Source: Phoronis australis
Lineage: Eukaryota > Animalia > Phoronida
Assembly (NCBI GenBank): GCA_002633005.1
Contig: NMRA01000729.1
Location: 62,001 to 126,000, forward strand
Direction: 5' to 3'
Length of the DNA: 64,000 nt
This document shows, in pieces, positions 39,920 to 53,152 of this stretch. How positions within the stretch are numbered: the first letter of the stretch is position 1; every line of letters starts with the position of its first letter. A model generated the notes under the pieces. That model was given only the letters and a program-made list of their open reading frames with translations. It ran no database searches and was not told the DNA's origin. The position numbers and the translations under genes were made by a program.

Positions 39920-39958
39920 ATTGTTTAGCTGGTAAAAATGGGACTAATTGTGATCAGA
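39920..39958 (+). CDS. Receptor microexon: half EGF module (39 nt)
   Basis: ttccag/gtaagt, phase 1-1; DCLAGKNGTNCDQ. Confidence 0.7.
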
Positions 39959-40503
39959 GTAAGTGTGTAATAACGTTGACAACTTCAGTAAACATGTCAC
40001 TTATGTCAATGTGAGTATTTCAGTACAACTATATGCATACCACATCTCTTCGATGTCTGAATTTTTTTGCTGTTAGTCATTACCATTTGTCTTGATAAAG
40101 TGTTTGTTCTCTGCCAAGTTATTCCATTAAAGTAAGACGAAAAAAATTCGACAGAACTCAATTAAATTACTTGGTAGAGAACAAACACCTTATCAATACA
40201 TATGATAATTTTACAACACGATGGTACTTTTATACCCACGGAATTATTTACAGTGCTAATCTTCCTTATCCAGCAGTTATGGTGATCATATAAGAACATG
40301 GGTAAAATCAATACGTAGCCGCACTGAAACTACCAAATACACGCTCCTTATACAACATGGACATGGTTGAGATACAGAAGTTCTCTCAGAAATTGTTTGT
40401 AACATACATGTAACAGTTATATATTTAGTGCAAGTGATTTCAGATTTTAACGAAGTATATAATCTTGATTGTACAATAGCTGTAACATTCTATGAATATT
40501 TAG

Positions 40504-40638
40504 ATTGCATTGACGGATATTATGGGCTGAAATGCGCTCATCCTTGTGGAAAGTGCAAAGTTGGAAAAGCGTGCAACAAGGTCACCGGAAGCTGTACTGC
40601 GTGCAGGCCTGGCTTCAAATTACCTACTTGTCACGAGG
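40504..40638 (+). CDS. Receptor exon: EGF-like 4
   Basis: atttag/gtaggt; CIDGYYGLKCAHPCGKCKVGKACNKVTGSCTACRPGFKLPTCHE. Confidence 0.93.
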
Positions 40639-40979
40639 GTAGGTTGGCGGATCTAGTGGTTGATAAACCGTTTGATTGTAAGGAAATTCTTGTTTGATCT
40701 CGTTCATAGTCATAGGTACACGATGTACATGAGCGTTATTGTTCTAGCGAGTATCAGCCCTCCAAATTAAACTGGTAAGACGATAGTGATTCTCAGTACA
40801 AATTAATTATTTCACAGTTACACAGTGCTGGTAAGGGTAATAGTTTGCTAACTTCATAAACTTTGTTAAAATAGTCGCGATCATCGAGTACTCATTCATG
40901 CGTGGTGGTCAATTCATGTAAAGCAATCTCTGCAAACCATGACATTACAACGTAAGCGGGCAATTTCCTTGTTTCCTAG

Positions 40980-41276
40980 AAATCGCCTTTCTGTCTGTGG
41001 CACCAAATGTGACTAGAAGCTCGACCGATATATCTGTGACTTGGCGTCCGTGGTCACCACTGATTGACCGAGGTATTGGACCAGTTCACAAGTACATTGT
41101 GCTGTACAGGGCATCCATCAATGATAGCTGGACACAAAGTGATGACGTAGCGGAAAGCGTGCGGACACTGACCATTCCATCAACAGATTTACAAAAGTGG
41201 TATCGAGTGAAAATTGCAATTAAAATTGACACTGGTGAAGTGGGTAGACCCAGTCCTCGAGCTATGGCTTGTGCAG
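40980..41276 (+). CDS. Receptor exon: FN3 #1
   Basis: tcctag/gtaaat; APNVTRSSTDISVTWRPW..DRGIGPVHKYIVLY...YRVKI...GRPSP (Tie FN3-1-like GxGP motif). Confidence 0.9.
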
Positions 41277-41965
41277 GTAAATGTCGTCTTCACATGCTCT
41301 TCACTTAAGTTTGTCAAATGGTGCTGCAATACACATGTGCAGTTCTTAAGTAATTGAAATGTCAAAGGACATCAAAGACTACAGTTACTGGGTGAAGAAT
41401 TTGCCTAGATCTCGAAACAGTGCGGAACATAGTCATCTTGACACATTTACATGTACTCAAAGGGAACATTGTCTATTGTCTGGTGGTGGAGCTGGTAACG
41501 TCAAACCTGACTGATTGAATTAATTTATTACCGACAAATGCTGGATCAAGACATTAAGTACCACAGTTCTCCAAACTAGTATCTTCATCTTTCCTTACCT
41601 TCACTAAATTAGACCATGTGCCTCCTGCACCACGTGTATCATTCAATGTTTACAACAACAAATGTATGTAATCTGTAGTGGAAACTAACCGATTCTCATG
41701 TCAGGCATATCATATTACCGTTACAGTTTGTTTTTTGGCGTTTCCTTGATTTATTTAGAATACGTGATTGGAAAACGTTGTACCAAAATTTTTATAGGTT
41801 GGTGGCATTTAAAGATTAACTTTATCGCCTGAACTGGAGGAGTTCCACAAATGCGTCTAATTGGTGACGATCGTACACAAATGTTTGCTTAACTTCTTAT
41901 GAAATCCAAATGAAAAACATTGTGTCAAGTTACCCACGCGCATTGGACGTGTTTTTGTGTTTCAG

Positions 41966-42027
41966 TTCCTGTCGTTCCTGTTTTGCAAACAACGCCCTCT
42001 GTGAACTCAGTGCATGTCAGCTGGAAT
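41966..42027 (+). CDS. Receptor exon: FN3 #2, first part
   Basis: tttcag/gtaagt, phase 1-0; VPVVPVLQTTPSVNSVHVSWN. Confidence 0.85.
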
Positions 42028-42758
42028 GTAAGTAATCATCGGATCATTCGAAGGAAGCCAAGACGGTGGCAACATTTATATGTAAACATCGTTGGTAATG
42101 AGATCAAACATAAAACGTAATGCATATACGGGACCGGGTTTCATGAAACATGCTGAATAACAACAATGACACCGAGTCTAACCTGCCTCACAGTAAGAAT
42201 GGATTGTAGGAGACTGCTTTCTTCATAGCTGAATTGTCCGTGCACCAGGTGACAAGAAGATGTTTTTCTCACAATTCTCCTTTTTAAACGGATGTAGATC
42301 CGCCTTCCTTCACAGCATTTACATTTATGAAACTGATCTAACTTTGTTCTTTAGTTAAAAGAAAAGTACAGTCGTTAATGCTCGAGTCTCGGCTCTACAA
42401 GATGACTTGCCAAGACGTATTTCTAATTCGCTGAGCATGATTTAAAGCAATATTGAACTGTCAGTTTCCTTTAAGGTCAAAAACCGCGTCTTATCGAGGT
42501 AAAAACAAGTTGAGACCGATTGTATTGCCGTAATAAAAATAAGTTGGTCTGTACACGTTTTACCAGAAGTGCGAAGACGCAGGTTTATTACAACTTTAAG
42601 ATTAGAATATACGCATAAAACATTGTTTCGAAATTCAACTCCAAAAAAGTGTCCTAATGACGAGGCCTGTCAGTATAAAAACAATCCTCCACACAAGATG
42701 GCATGCAAGACAACATAGAGGTGCCGATAGTGTTGTTTAGCTTTTATCTACTTTGCAG

Positions 42759-42978
42759 AATACAGATTGGCGGTGTCCGTCAGGGGGCACGTTCATACTG
42801 TCTCACAAAAATGGTTCACATACTGGCTGGTCAAGAGTCGCCGACATATCGTCTAAGACGCTGAGCAGAACTTTGCCTTCCTTAGCGTGCACTACATGGT
42901 CATTCAAAATACAGTCTCAGAATAAAGACTTGGTATCTGAAGTCTCACCAGAGTACACTACTACCAGCCTTGAAAAGG
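42759..42978 (+). CDS. Receptor exon: FN3 #2, second part
   Basis: ttgcag/gtgagt, phase 0-1; ...LPSLACTTWSFKIQSQNKDLVSEVSPEYTTTSLEK. Confidence 0.85.
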
Positions 42979-43926
42979 GTGAGTGGGTGCAACTACGTTG
43001 AGGGTTGCAACGTGTTAATTTAGTTTTGAAGCTCCTGTCAGTTTTTATGGGATAAGAAACCCTAGCATAGTCTATTTCCTCGGTCTTTACCACGCGCATT
43101 GGGGAAACCGTCGTCACCTGTAGAGCACCTGAGAGAAGTTTGAAAACGTTTTTATCGGTAGGCGTGATTATGCTTTTGGCCGAGTTATTAATTTATGGCA
43201 TATCGGGTGATGCTTGTCCGAGTTCTAGGAATGAGTACCACCGTAATGCCTTAAGCATGGTCGCGTACTTTTTCATTCGATAATTTTTACTTATTGGTGT
43301 TTTTCAATCTATAATGTAACGATATTCCTCTAAATGTCCGCGACTTTACTGTCGAAAACTCATCGTGTCGGCGTCGGACAAGGTTAATGCCACCGAAGCA
43401 TCAATCGATTGCCTTGCAATAAGACCTCCCACTCTATCCTAGGATCCACTGAGCAACAATTAGGAAGTGTTTTTGTGGAGACTTTGTAAAAATGCAACAA
43501 TCGATAACAGGACCAGTATCGATGAAAATCTACTAAACATTATCATACAGTATTCTTCCAATGTAAGAAAAACGAGAGTTTGTGAGCACAATTTCAATTT
43601 GTCATAGAATCAGCTACAGATAAGATAAGTTAGTTACTAAAGACAATGTGTTTCATGATCAAATTAATGAATGCAGCTTTGGATGGAGGCAAAATGGAAA
43701 GGTGAAATTACGATGAGGAGACCGAAAATGGATGACAAATGAGAATTAGGTAAGCCAGGACGAAAACATAGCGGAAAGGTCGCACCACGTTTCGTTTTCG
43801 ATCTCAGATCGGCTAACGGAATGGGAGTGTCATGTCGCGTGCGAAACATTAAAATTTTGTTAACTTTACGATCATTGTAGCCTACCACAGAAGTAAACCA
43901 AAAAACAGCTTGAAAACTGAATTTCG

Positions 43927-44975
43927 CTGAACAGAACTTTGCCTTCCTTAGCGTGCACGACATGGTCATTCAAAATACAGTCACAGAATAAACACTTTGC
44001 ATCGAACATCTCACGAGAGTACAAAACTACCAGCCTTGAAAAAAGTGAGTGGATGCAACTACGCCGAGGGCTGCAATTTATTAATTTAGTTTTGAAGCTC
44101 CAGTCAGTTTTCATGGGATAAAAAACCTGGTGTAGTCTATTTCCTCGGACTTTGCCACGAGTATTGGGGGGAACCGTCGCCTACTGTGGAGCACTTGAGA
44201 GACGTTTGAAAAGTTTTTTATTGGTAGGCCTTTGGCCGAGTTATTTATTTATGACATATCGGGCGATGCTTGGCCGACTTCGAAGAATGAGTCCCATTGC
44301 AATGCCTTAAGCATGATCGCGTACTTTGTCATTCGATAATTTTTACTTACTGGTGTTTTTCAACACCTGGCCGGCGCTTTCTACAATCTACTGATATTCC
44401 TCCAAATGTCCCAATATTACTGTTGCAAACTCATAGTGTCGGCGTCGGGTAAGCTTAATGCTACCTAGGCATTAATCGATTGCCCTGCAATAAGACCTCC
44501 CATTCGGGCCTTGGGTCCACTGAGCAACAATTAGGGAGTATTTTGCGGAGACGTAGTAAGAATTCAACAGTCGATATCAGAGCCAGTGTCGATGAAAATC
44601 TACTAAACATTATCGTACAGTATTCTTGCAACACTACCATAAGCCACTTTCTAAGCATTTCGGACTCTCGAGGATATAACCGCTTTCCCCTTAGCTGCTT
44701 AGTTCGGACAAGCGGGAACGATGCACCGCAACATAGCAGCATTCACTATGCATATGAACCACTGACGTCGCTAGCGTCGTTTCTCACCTTCCTCACAGGT
44801 TAACTCGACCTCTCTTGGCAAGTCAAGGCGAGGCGATGTGGATATAAACCGATTAAGACGGCAAAAAAGACTAATTAAATCGGGTGGCATTCTCTTTTAA
44901 ATGTTGTTAACTTTACGATCATTGTAGCCTACTGCAGATGTAAACCCAAGGAAACATCTTGAAAACCAAATTTCA
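43927..44975 (+). repeat. Tandem duplicate of about 42862-43926, including the 3' half of the FN3 #2 exon
   Basis: 43927-44625 matches 42862-43560 and 44905-44975 matches 43857-43926. The exon copy keeps its gtgagt donor but has an in-frame TGA just upstream. Confidence 0.9.
44625..44896 (-). mobile_element. Kolobok-like element end with THAP remnant (inverted copy of 53890-54180)
   Basis: gggtggcattctctt+TTAA terminus; PRESEMLRKWL on the minus strand. Confidence 0.75.
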
Positions 44976-45326
44976 TGTAAAAATAAATTCATATCTTTAA
45001 TTCTCAACCCTCACTCGATGCAATTACCAATATATTGCTTAACAACGTCTAAGCCAAAAGCTGGAAGTCGCTGTAAGCTTTAATATCATGACGATGAATC
45101 AAGCAATGGTGCCACTTTCACAACCCCGTTCTCCTAATTTCACGTCCGTCCTTTGCATTTGTGTTCCGCCCTTTTCATCGGATGTCCTGTCCTTCCCGTC
45201 TCCAGTCAAAACGATAATATTGATACATATACATGTACATATAGTCATTTCCCAAGAGACAACTACTTTAGCGTAAATATGAATCTGATGAGCAAATGAT
45301 TGAAGCCGTTTGTCTCTCTTCAACAG

Positions 45327-45635
45327 CAGCTAACCGTGTACAGGAACTGACAAATTCCAGCGTGACGCCTACCACAATCGGCATATATTGGAAATCACCT
45401 GTCCCCAATGGATGTCGTGTTAAAGACTACGAAATTCAGTGCGAGCTCAAAGAGGTGCTAGCGTGTGGTTCCACCTTCAAAAAATCAGATGAACTTTTGA
45501 CGCTCACTACTGATACACTAGCGACTTCTTTGGACAACCTTCGTCCCTATGCACGCTATGAAATAAGTGTACGTGCAAGAACTGCAACGCTAGATGGCGA
45601 TGAAGAAAAGATAACTCTAAGGACCAGTGTGTCTG
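45327..45635 (+). CDS. Receptor exon: FN3 #3
   Basis: caacagcag (NAGNAG)/gtaaat; VTPTTIGIYWKSP...LDNLRPYARYEISVRART. Confidence 0.93.
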
Positions 45636-45935
45636 GTAAATATTTCTTAATAAATTGTAACGTTACTCAAGTCTTGTAGTGTGTATCAGTTGGATTCAAG
45701 TAGAAACAAACTACGCTCATATGATTTGGTGGGAGCTCAAGTAAAAATGTGTCCGTGACAATTTCTTCCATAAGTCTTCAATGATATATCATTTGTATGG
45801 GATTGGTATTTTGACACTTTGTGTAACTCAGCCCTTGGATTATAGAAAGTAATATGTCACGTTAAGAAACGTTAAGCATGATTTGAACAACTGGTGAATA
45901 TTGATCATTTTACTAAGCATTATCTCACGTTTCAG

Positions 45936-46238
45936 CACCGTCTAAGCCTCCGATTAATTTGAGGACTTCAGAAAATTCTTCAAACTCGTTGAAATTCCAC
46001 TGGCAACATCCGTCTTGCTTATCATGGAATGGGCCAATTACACGTTATGATTACCAACTACATAGGCAAAAATCACCATGCCTTTCTGAGGAAGTTTCGA
46101 ACGGCTCCATCAACACACTTTCCCAGAAGTTTGACAGCCTTAACTCTCAATCGAATTACTCATTTAGAGTTCGAGCTTCAAATAACAATCTTGCTGGACC
46201 ATGGAGTGAATGGAGTTATAGCGTGACCGCAGAAAGTG
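45936..46238 (+). CDS. Receptor exon: FN3 #4
   Basis: tttcag/gtaaga; APSKPPINL...FHWQHPSCLSWNGPITRYDY...YSFRVRASNNNLAGPWS. Confidence 0.93.
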
Positions 46239-46639
46239 GTAAGAAATTGAATTTATTTATACGATGTTCAGTAACTAAGAGATGTTTGACCTTCAAGGAC
46301 ATCGTTCTTTCCGCAATACAAGTTACTGAAGACATCTGGTAAGATCACGTGTCTTGATTGAAATGCATTGATCCGAGCGTTGAGAATAGCCAACTTTTAA
46401 CTATTCTACAGCTAGTGCGAGTTTTCCACGAGTGACTTGAGTAAAATTTCCTACAGTCAAGAAATGAGCACTTGTTGGAATTATAAAACTTCGTGAAGGA
46501 TAAAGAACACTTGGGCAAAAGACCTGAAATATTTAATGGCTTGCGACACCTTTTAGCCCAATGTAAAGTTTTCAAATATACATGTTCATTTAATCAACAA
46601 GAATTTATTGAGATGTTGTTCTTGTTCTTGTTCCTATAG

Positions 46640-46857
46640 CTCCACCTGCACCTGGAAACCTCAGTTTAATGGACATGAACAGAACGGCCGTCACTATTGG
46701 CTGGAGATCCCCGTGTCCCCCAAACGGCATCATTCGTGAACATCAACTGGGATTCCGAAATCTCAATGACGGGCTCGAATTTCGTTATATATCATGTTTA
46801 AGATGTTTTTCCTTTACAATTCTTAACCTCAACTTTAAACACGTTTACGAGTTCAAG
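46640..46857 (+). CDS. Receptor exon: FN3 #5, first part
   Basis: ctatag/gtaatt, phase 1-0; PPAPGNL...IGWRSPCPPNGIIREH...LNFKHVYEFK. Confidence 0.9.
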
Positions 46858-47091
46858 GTAATTAGAATTTGTTTTAACAGTTTTATTGTAAACTGATGGA
46901 AACAGCAAACCTTCACTGCAAGAGTCTGGGGCTAAGTGGATATCATTTTAGTTGGTGGGTATTAATACCAAAATGTAAAGAAATACAACTGCATCCTGGA
47001 TATCAAAAATAGCTAAACAATACAAGTTTCTTTCCACCAAGCAGTGTTATCAATGAGCCACGTTTTTTTCACGTGAATGGGTGGTGCAGGT

Positions 47092-47657
47092 TGTTACCGA
47101 CCGATGATAATGGCTTTCGATGCAACGATAGATTGAAGACTGGTTCGAGTTAATCACTTTATTACTCTCGACCGTACGTTAACATGTCTACAAAACGTCT
47201 AACATAATGTCTAGTCTATGCTCCAGCCAGAGAAGCGAAGCCTTGACTTGTGATGAACTTCTGAGACACGTTCAGCAATTGTTACACTTTCTGATTCATT
47301 AACATGCTGCCTCTATTGCTGGTTCTCTATTGACTAAGGCTGAAACTGCTGACTCTTTTCACTGCAGCTCAACTATAACTTCAACTACATTAACTGACTT
47401 AATCTGACATTCAACTCCAACATTAACTCAACTCACAGTCACTAATCCGTGAGCAAGCTTATACAATAACTTTTCAGAATCTACCCAATCATTTTATAAA
47501 CATATACTAGGCTCTAGAATATTCCAACGTGCATTAATCACTAAGATACTGGAACCTTCTAGAATGTCCCCAGCTATTCTATTATGAACAAAATTTCATC
47601 ATCACTCGCATCGGCTCGTGGGTCATGTCATTCAAGAAGTGGCTATCTGCTACTACA
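47092..47657 (-). mobile_element. Possible solo LTR
   Basis: TG...CA ends (tgttacc...tactaca), minus-strand AATAAA and TATA-like signals, ttctagaa motifs; TSD not convincing. Confidence 0.4.
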
Positions 47658-47790
47658 CAAACAGAACAGTAAAATAAAAACTTGTCGTGAACTAGTACCA
47701 GTGTCAGTCTACTCCTGACACCATGTAACATATTCTTTAGAACAGAATTGAACCCTGTGTGGATCTTTTAACCTTTGACGTGTATTCCAG

Positions 47791-47857
47791 ATTCGGGCAA
47801 AAACTTACAAATGGGGTTCATGGAGTAGTTCGATCTTTGAAACGTTGCAAGAAAGAG
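47791..47857 (+). CDS. Receptor exon: FN3 #5, second part
   Basis: ttccag/gtaagg, phase 0-1; IRAKTYKWGSWSSSIFETLQER. Confidence 0.9.
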
Positions 47858-48371
47858 GTAAGGTTACCGTAATTGTGTATCACCGTGTCCATACTCGAGT
47901 CATTCAGGGTAACAGGAAGTGTTGCTAGTCTCCACACTATTTTCCAGTACTACTGACGATGTGTAACCCTAAACCACTGTCTTCCAAAGGTGGCGCTGTG
48001 ACAGAGAGTAACGTGCACGCTACTTACTGCTTCTTTCTTGTGATCTCATGATTTTAAACTTCAAATGTTTTCCACCTTATGCTCGAACGACTATCTAAAA
48101 ACTGACTTCTAATGGCGTATTTTTTCGAAATGCGTTAGTCAACTCAGTGATCTTTCCAGACTCAAATTATTGGATAAAGTGGCACCATCAACATATACGT
48201 ACTCTTACTGTCAAAGTATGCATTCTAAAAGTTTCATGGAGGCAATTCGTAGATTAATTGAATGTTAAATGCATTGTATACTTAACAGAATTTCTCTTTC
48301 GTTAGTGAAATAGTTCCAGGATATTGAGAAACACATGACATTTTGTTTATGATTATGTATTTTGACCTCAG

Positions 48372-48478
48372 TTCCTATAAGGCCAGGCGACGTTATTTGC
48401 ACGGCAAGAAAACAGACTTCCATATCAATACGATGGGTGGAACCTACTCGAAAAAATGGCCTCTTGACACAGTACAGC
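48372..48478 (+). CDS. Receptor exon: FN3 #6, first part
   Basis: cctcag/gtaagt, phase 1-0; PIRPGDVICTARKQTSISIRWVEPTRKNGLLTQYS. Confidence 0.9.
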
Positions 48479-49269
48479 GTAAGTGTATTGATGTGCTGAA
48501 GAAATAACGCAGGGATTACAGGAATACCTATGAGATGAAAATTTTGGTATTAAAGTGTTTAGTGATTTATTATTGCTCTTCTCTTCAAGCGGCTATGAAC
48601 CTCCCTTTCGTCTCAACAAAACGATTTTTGATTAAGACGACACTAACCATTATGGGATGGTGGGAAATATTCCTTATTCAAAGTTGATGTGATTTCTGGA
48701 CTTAGAAACTGCTTGAGATCGAGGCTCTGGAAGTTGTCGTGTCAAAGGTGTCATTTTATGAGCTCAGCATACTCTCGAACAGTAACCAATTGTAACTTCT
48801 TCCTAACATCTGAGTAAGAAACAAGCTGAAAATAAGTTTATAACTTTACGTGGTACTTATAAATCAAAAGTGCCACTTTATCGTGAACACTATAAAAACA
48901 CTTAATGTAATAAAACTACAAAAAAACAATTCTTTTTATCAGACTTGCTATTCCCTTGACCTTACATAGTGACGGGTAAAACATTTTATGAATACTGTAA
49001 ACAACCATTATGCATTTTGAACATGAAAAATAATATACAAAAGATAGTGTTATGGTCGAAGAGTAATTTATTTCTAGCTTAACAATTGTTTTTATCAGAT
49101 TTGCCGTTCTTGTGACCCTACGCATTAAGTAAAAAGTTTAGAAATGTATCATTACATGTAATGAGGCATGGGCGTTAATATTGACATGGGCTTTATTTTG
49201 AGGTATTTAGGCGTTGCCGTATGGAGTGGCGTGCTTCATTCAGGTCACAGACGTTTTACGTGATTGTAG

Positions 49270-49444
49270 ATTTCTTGGACGGTGGCAAATGGAAGACGCG
49301 TATCTGCGATCGTGGATCCTAGTATATTGACCTTTGATGTTCCTGATCTGGAGCCAGGCACGCGGTATACGGTGTTCGTGCGAGCGAGTACTTCTGCTGG
49401 ATTTGGACCGCCGGCAGAAACAGACTGTTGGACAGCTTTGTCAG
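49270..49444 (+). CDS. Receptor exon: FN3 #6, second part
   Basis: ttgtag/gtatgt, phase 0-1; ISWTV...DLEPGTRYTVFVRASTSAGFGPPAETDCWTALS. Confidence 0.92.
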
Positions 49445-50081
49445 GTATGTTTTGAGGACCGTTGTACCAAGATGTTTTGGACTATTACTTTCCAAGATTT
49501 TGAGAGTCTGTTTTGCACTCGTAAATTGCTAACGCTCAACAAATATTTTTTGGGTTTGTTTCACCAAAAGCGATGTGTAAAAAATACAAAATAGTTAAAT
49601 CTTGTCTCAATTTTTTTGCAGTGCGCACGTGCGTTTTTGCATATACCAAAGCTAGAGTATGTGCTCAACTTGAATATCTTTCAGTGCTATACACTGCATT
49701 ACATTGGATTCCTCGTGGTATTCATATCCCATCCATTACTTTTGCATACTAATTAAAACTGAATTTCCTCGGCTTCACGCTGCAAAAAACGAAAAATGAA
49801 TTGACCAACAATGCTCATAAGATCGGTTTCATAATATTCCTTTCAGTTTTATATAATGAGCATCAAAAACATATTATGTGTGCAATGAGATAAATATAGC
49901 TCATTGTGTGCATATATATCTGTGCGGTGCATTAATTTCCATTTTGATCGTGTGGTGCCCAAAACTAATGTGTTCATCTGATCCCTACATCTACGAGGTA
50001 CGGGAGAAATTCCTTTTTTGAGTGTTAAGATTTTTTTAACTGACAACCGAAACAGCGCACCAACATGATCTCGATTTTCAG

Positions 50082-50190
50082 ACATTCCCAAAATTCAATT
50101 ACCACCGACGGACCGTGACGAAGTGACTACAACCACTGCAACGCTACCTATTATACCTGTAAGAGACTACCAAAACAAAGATCGCATCAA
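50082..50190 (+). CDS. Receptor exon: juxtamembrane FN3-like domain, part 1
   Basis: tttcag/gtaaga, phase 1-2; IPKIQLPPTDRDEVTTTTATLPIIPVRDYQNKDRI. Confidence 0.85.
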
Positions 50191-50492
50191 GTAAGAACTT
50201 TGTCTATTACTTCGTGTATGTAAAGAGTGAGCTATTTACATGAGTATTAAATGGTTATTGCCACCCACAGTCACGTCAATGTGCCATCACTGTTGGTCGA
50301 CACTTGCACCTTCGTATTGGTCATTAAAGATGATAACCTTTCACCTGCTTATTTAATAAACTTGCCACTAGCTATGACTCAAAACCAAGGTAAAGACGTA
50401 CACCGTGTCATGTTTGGGCTAAACGTCTCTACAGTACTCAGCTTCATGTGTGTCTCTGTAATGTTTTTCCTGTCATTTGTTATATCTACCAT

Positions 50493-52545
50493 CTTTGTTA
50501 GCCTTTTAATGTGCCCACATATTTATATGTGGGTGCATATTGCCGTCATGAATGTCCGGCGTCCGCAGTCGTAGTCCTAAATCTTTCAGAGGATCTTGAT
50601 GAGCTGACAACGAATGACGACGAATTTCAGACGGATCCGACTACTGGTTTGCCACCTACTGGCAAGTTCAGGTTTTTACGGTCCTCAACGGATTTTCATC
50701 ACATTTGAAACATTTATTAATGCGATGACCCTGTATTTCCGTTTTAGGATCAATTAAAATTATTTAACGCCACCTAGTGGCCATTATAACTGCTTTCGGG
50801 TTTGTTTTTTACCTCCGCCCCACTGCCAACCAAACCACGCTAAAAATGATTACCAAAATTGGCATATTTGTTTTAGGTGTGAACGGGACAGTTGAAGATG
50901 ATTTTCCGAGGACTCCGACAACTATGGCGCCTCTTAATGAAAATTTTGCGCCTAAACCCACAGCCCGGATCTCTATTAAATTTAGCAAGTGTATTTATAT
51001 GAAGTTGACCACGGACATCACCAACTTTCAAGCGGCAATTTCATTTAGTTCCGTTTCCCTCAGTTTCTCTGAAGTTCGTTGACGGATTTTTATGAAATTT
51101 GGTGAATGGCTTTCTATTAAAGAACTTATGAATTTTTCACTTTTTCGAATGCATTGGACTATTTTGCACCATCTAGTGGCTATTTGTTCTGTTTTCTAGT
51201 CTAATTTTGGCCTCTGCCCAACTATCAACCACACCACTCTCAGAATGAAAATTGACGTCTGTGTTTCTACTGTAAAAAGCGTGATTGATAGCGATTTTCG
51301 GTCCATTCGGACTACCGTGACGCCCTCTTGTGGCAGTGTTTTGCATCAATAGCTGTATCTCCCAAGTGCTATATGCAGTCGACAACGGACAACGACGTCA
51401 TTTGGATGGAACCAACAAGCACTNATTATATTTTTCGTTGTCCTCTGTATCATTGAAATTCGATGACAGTTTTTTTTTGGAATTTAATAAATAGGTTTCT
51501 GATAAGACGACGACACCTTCTCATTTTCGGGCACCGAGATCTGGTGAATTCTGCGCGTCTCTGTAGCCGTTTTAATAATTTTAGTACGTTTTTGACACCA
51601 CCCTCTCGATCCACTATACCGCTTGAAGGAAAATAAGTAAAATTTGGAGATGTGTTCCTGATGAGAAGACCGAGTCTGACGTTGATTTTCGGACGTGTTC
51701 AACTCCTCTGCCCCGCTTCTTTGTGGCAATTTTTTGCGTCCACGGCTGTATCTCCTTATCCTTTGCAAGATCTTCCCGACATTTAGCAGACATTTACCTG
51801 TGGTGATGACAAGTGACGACGGCCAGCTTCGGTCCAATCCAACTACAGCTGTGCTCCTAGTGGCAATTTTATTTTTTACTTTCACCTCAGTAACTCCGGA
51901 GTTCCTTTATGCTTTTTCATAAAATTGGGAAACAAATGTGTATCATGAAGGACTTGGCGTATTCTTCGCCAACTATTGGTCATTTTAATTATTTTAGTCT
52001 GTTTTTATTCTGTTTCTGTATCTGCCAAATTGCCCAAAGGATCATTATGAAAATTGGTAGATGTGTTCCTACTGACAATATTATGATTGAATTGAATTGT
52101 CAAACTGGTCCAAATAATAACCTCTACTGATATTTTTCGTATCAAAGACTCTATCTCATAAACTACACTTTTGAATTGTTGCAGTTGTATTCCATGGGCG
52201 GCGTAGCACTGAAAAAAGTGAGGAGCTATAGCCCCATCCCCAGCACCCTATGGTGCCCCACTCACGAGTCCTATTAACTTGAAAGCAGATGGATGGATTC
52301 GACTACTGCTGTATTTCCTAAAGTTAGCTTTTTACGTTTGTCTTTGTATCTTTGGAGTTCTTTGATGGATTTTCATAAAATTTGGGAAATTATTTTGAGA
52401 GCAATGACACCTTGCTATTTTTATTAGGGTTCAATGTGTTCTGGGCCACCCAACTGCCATTTTTTATATAAATAAACACCCCTAGAAGTTCACCGCTTGT
52501 GGTGCATTCATGGCCGCATTTCAACGCTCTCCGTTGCTCTTGTTT
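50493..52545. mobile_element. Helentron/DINE-like non-autonomous repeat (degraded)
   Basis: tttgttagc start, hairpin gtgcccacat/atgtgggtgcat, gtccggcgtccg, recurring gattttyatgaaatttgg units, tgctcttgtt end; related stretch at about 33560-33780. Confidence 0.45.
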
Positions 52546-53152
52546 AACTGGATATAATCGGCAAAAGGTGATTTAGAACAGCCCATGTGCGGATTTGAAC
52601 CGGAAACTTCGATCGAAGCCAAACGCACTGCTAGTCTAACTAAATCTCAGTCGATCAATGAAAGAGTAATTTAGGCGTGTTTAACTGGTAAAGACATCGG
52701 TCTTGATGTCAATGGGATTTGCAGAAAATGACAAAAAATACCACGGCTTTTATTGTTTTATAGCTTTACGTCTTTAACTGAAGCTGTGTTACTTAATTCT
52801 GCAGTTTGACAATAAACAAATGTTTTTATCAGTTTTTGTGTTAAGTTGTTTTTGTTTTTGCATAAGATTTTGGAAATATAGAGACCGAGAAACGATCCCA
52901 TCGAGGGGTGTGTTCTAAATTTACCAGCCCGTAAAATTATTGAGATGCACAAAAATCTACACCATCAAATCCCTTGTCAAAAATATTTTTACCCATCACC
53001 CACCTAGTTGTACCATGTTAATTAACACCCAAGGTCACTGCTAACGTTTCGCCCCTGAGCAATAATTATTGGGCGGTCCATGACCCTCAACCTTGTTCCC
53101 ATCCCAGATTCCGACGGCTAGGGCCATGAATTTAAACGCTCTTTAAAAACAG

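Noticed and set aside
49244-49330. Alternative acceptor (ttcattcag) for FN3 #6 second part
   Set aside because: Leads to an in-frame stop; the acceptor at 49269 gives a canonical FN3
50570-50708. Acidic exon-like ORF DLDELTTNDDEFQTDPTTGLPPTG
   Set aside because: Lies in a DINE-like repeat; exon 50190 (phase 2) joins 53153 cleanly
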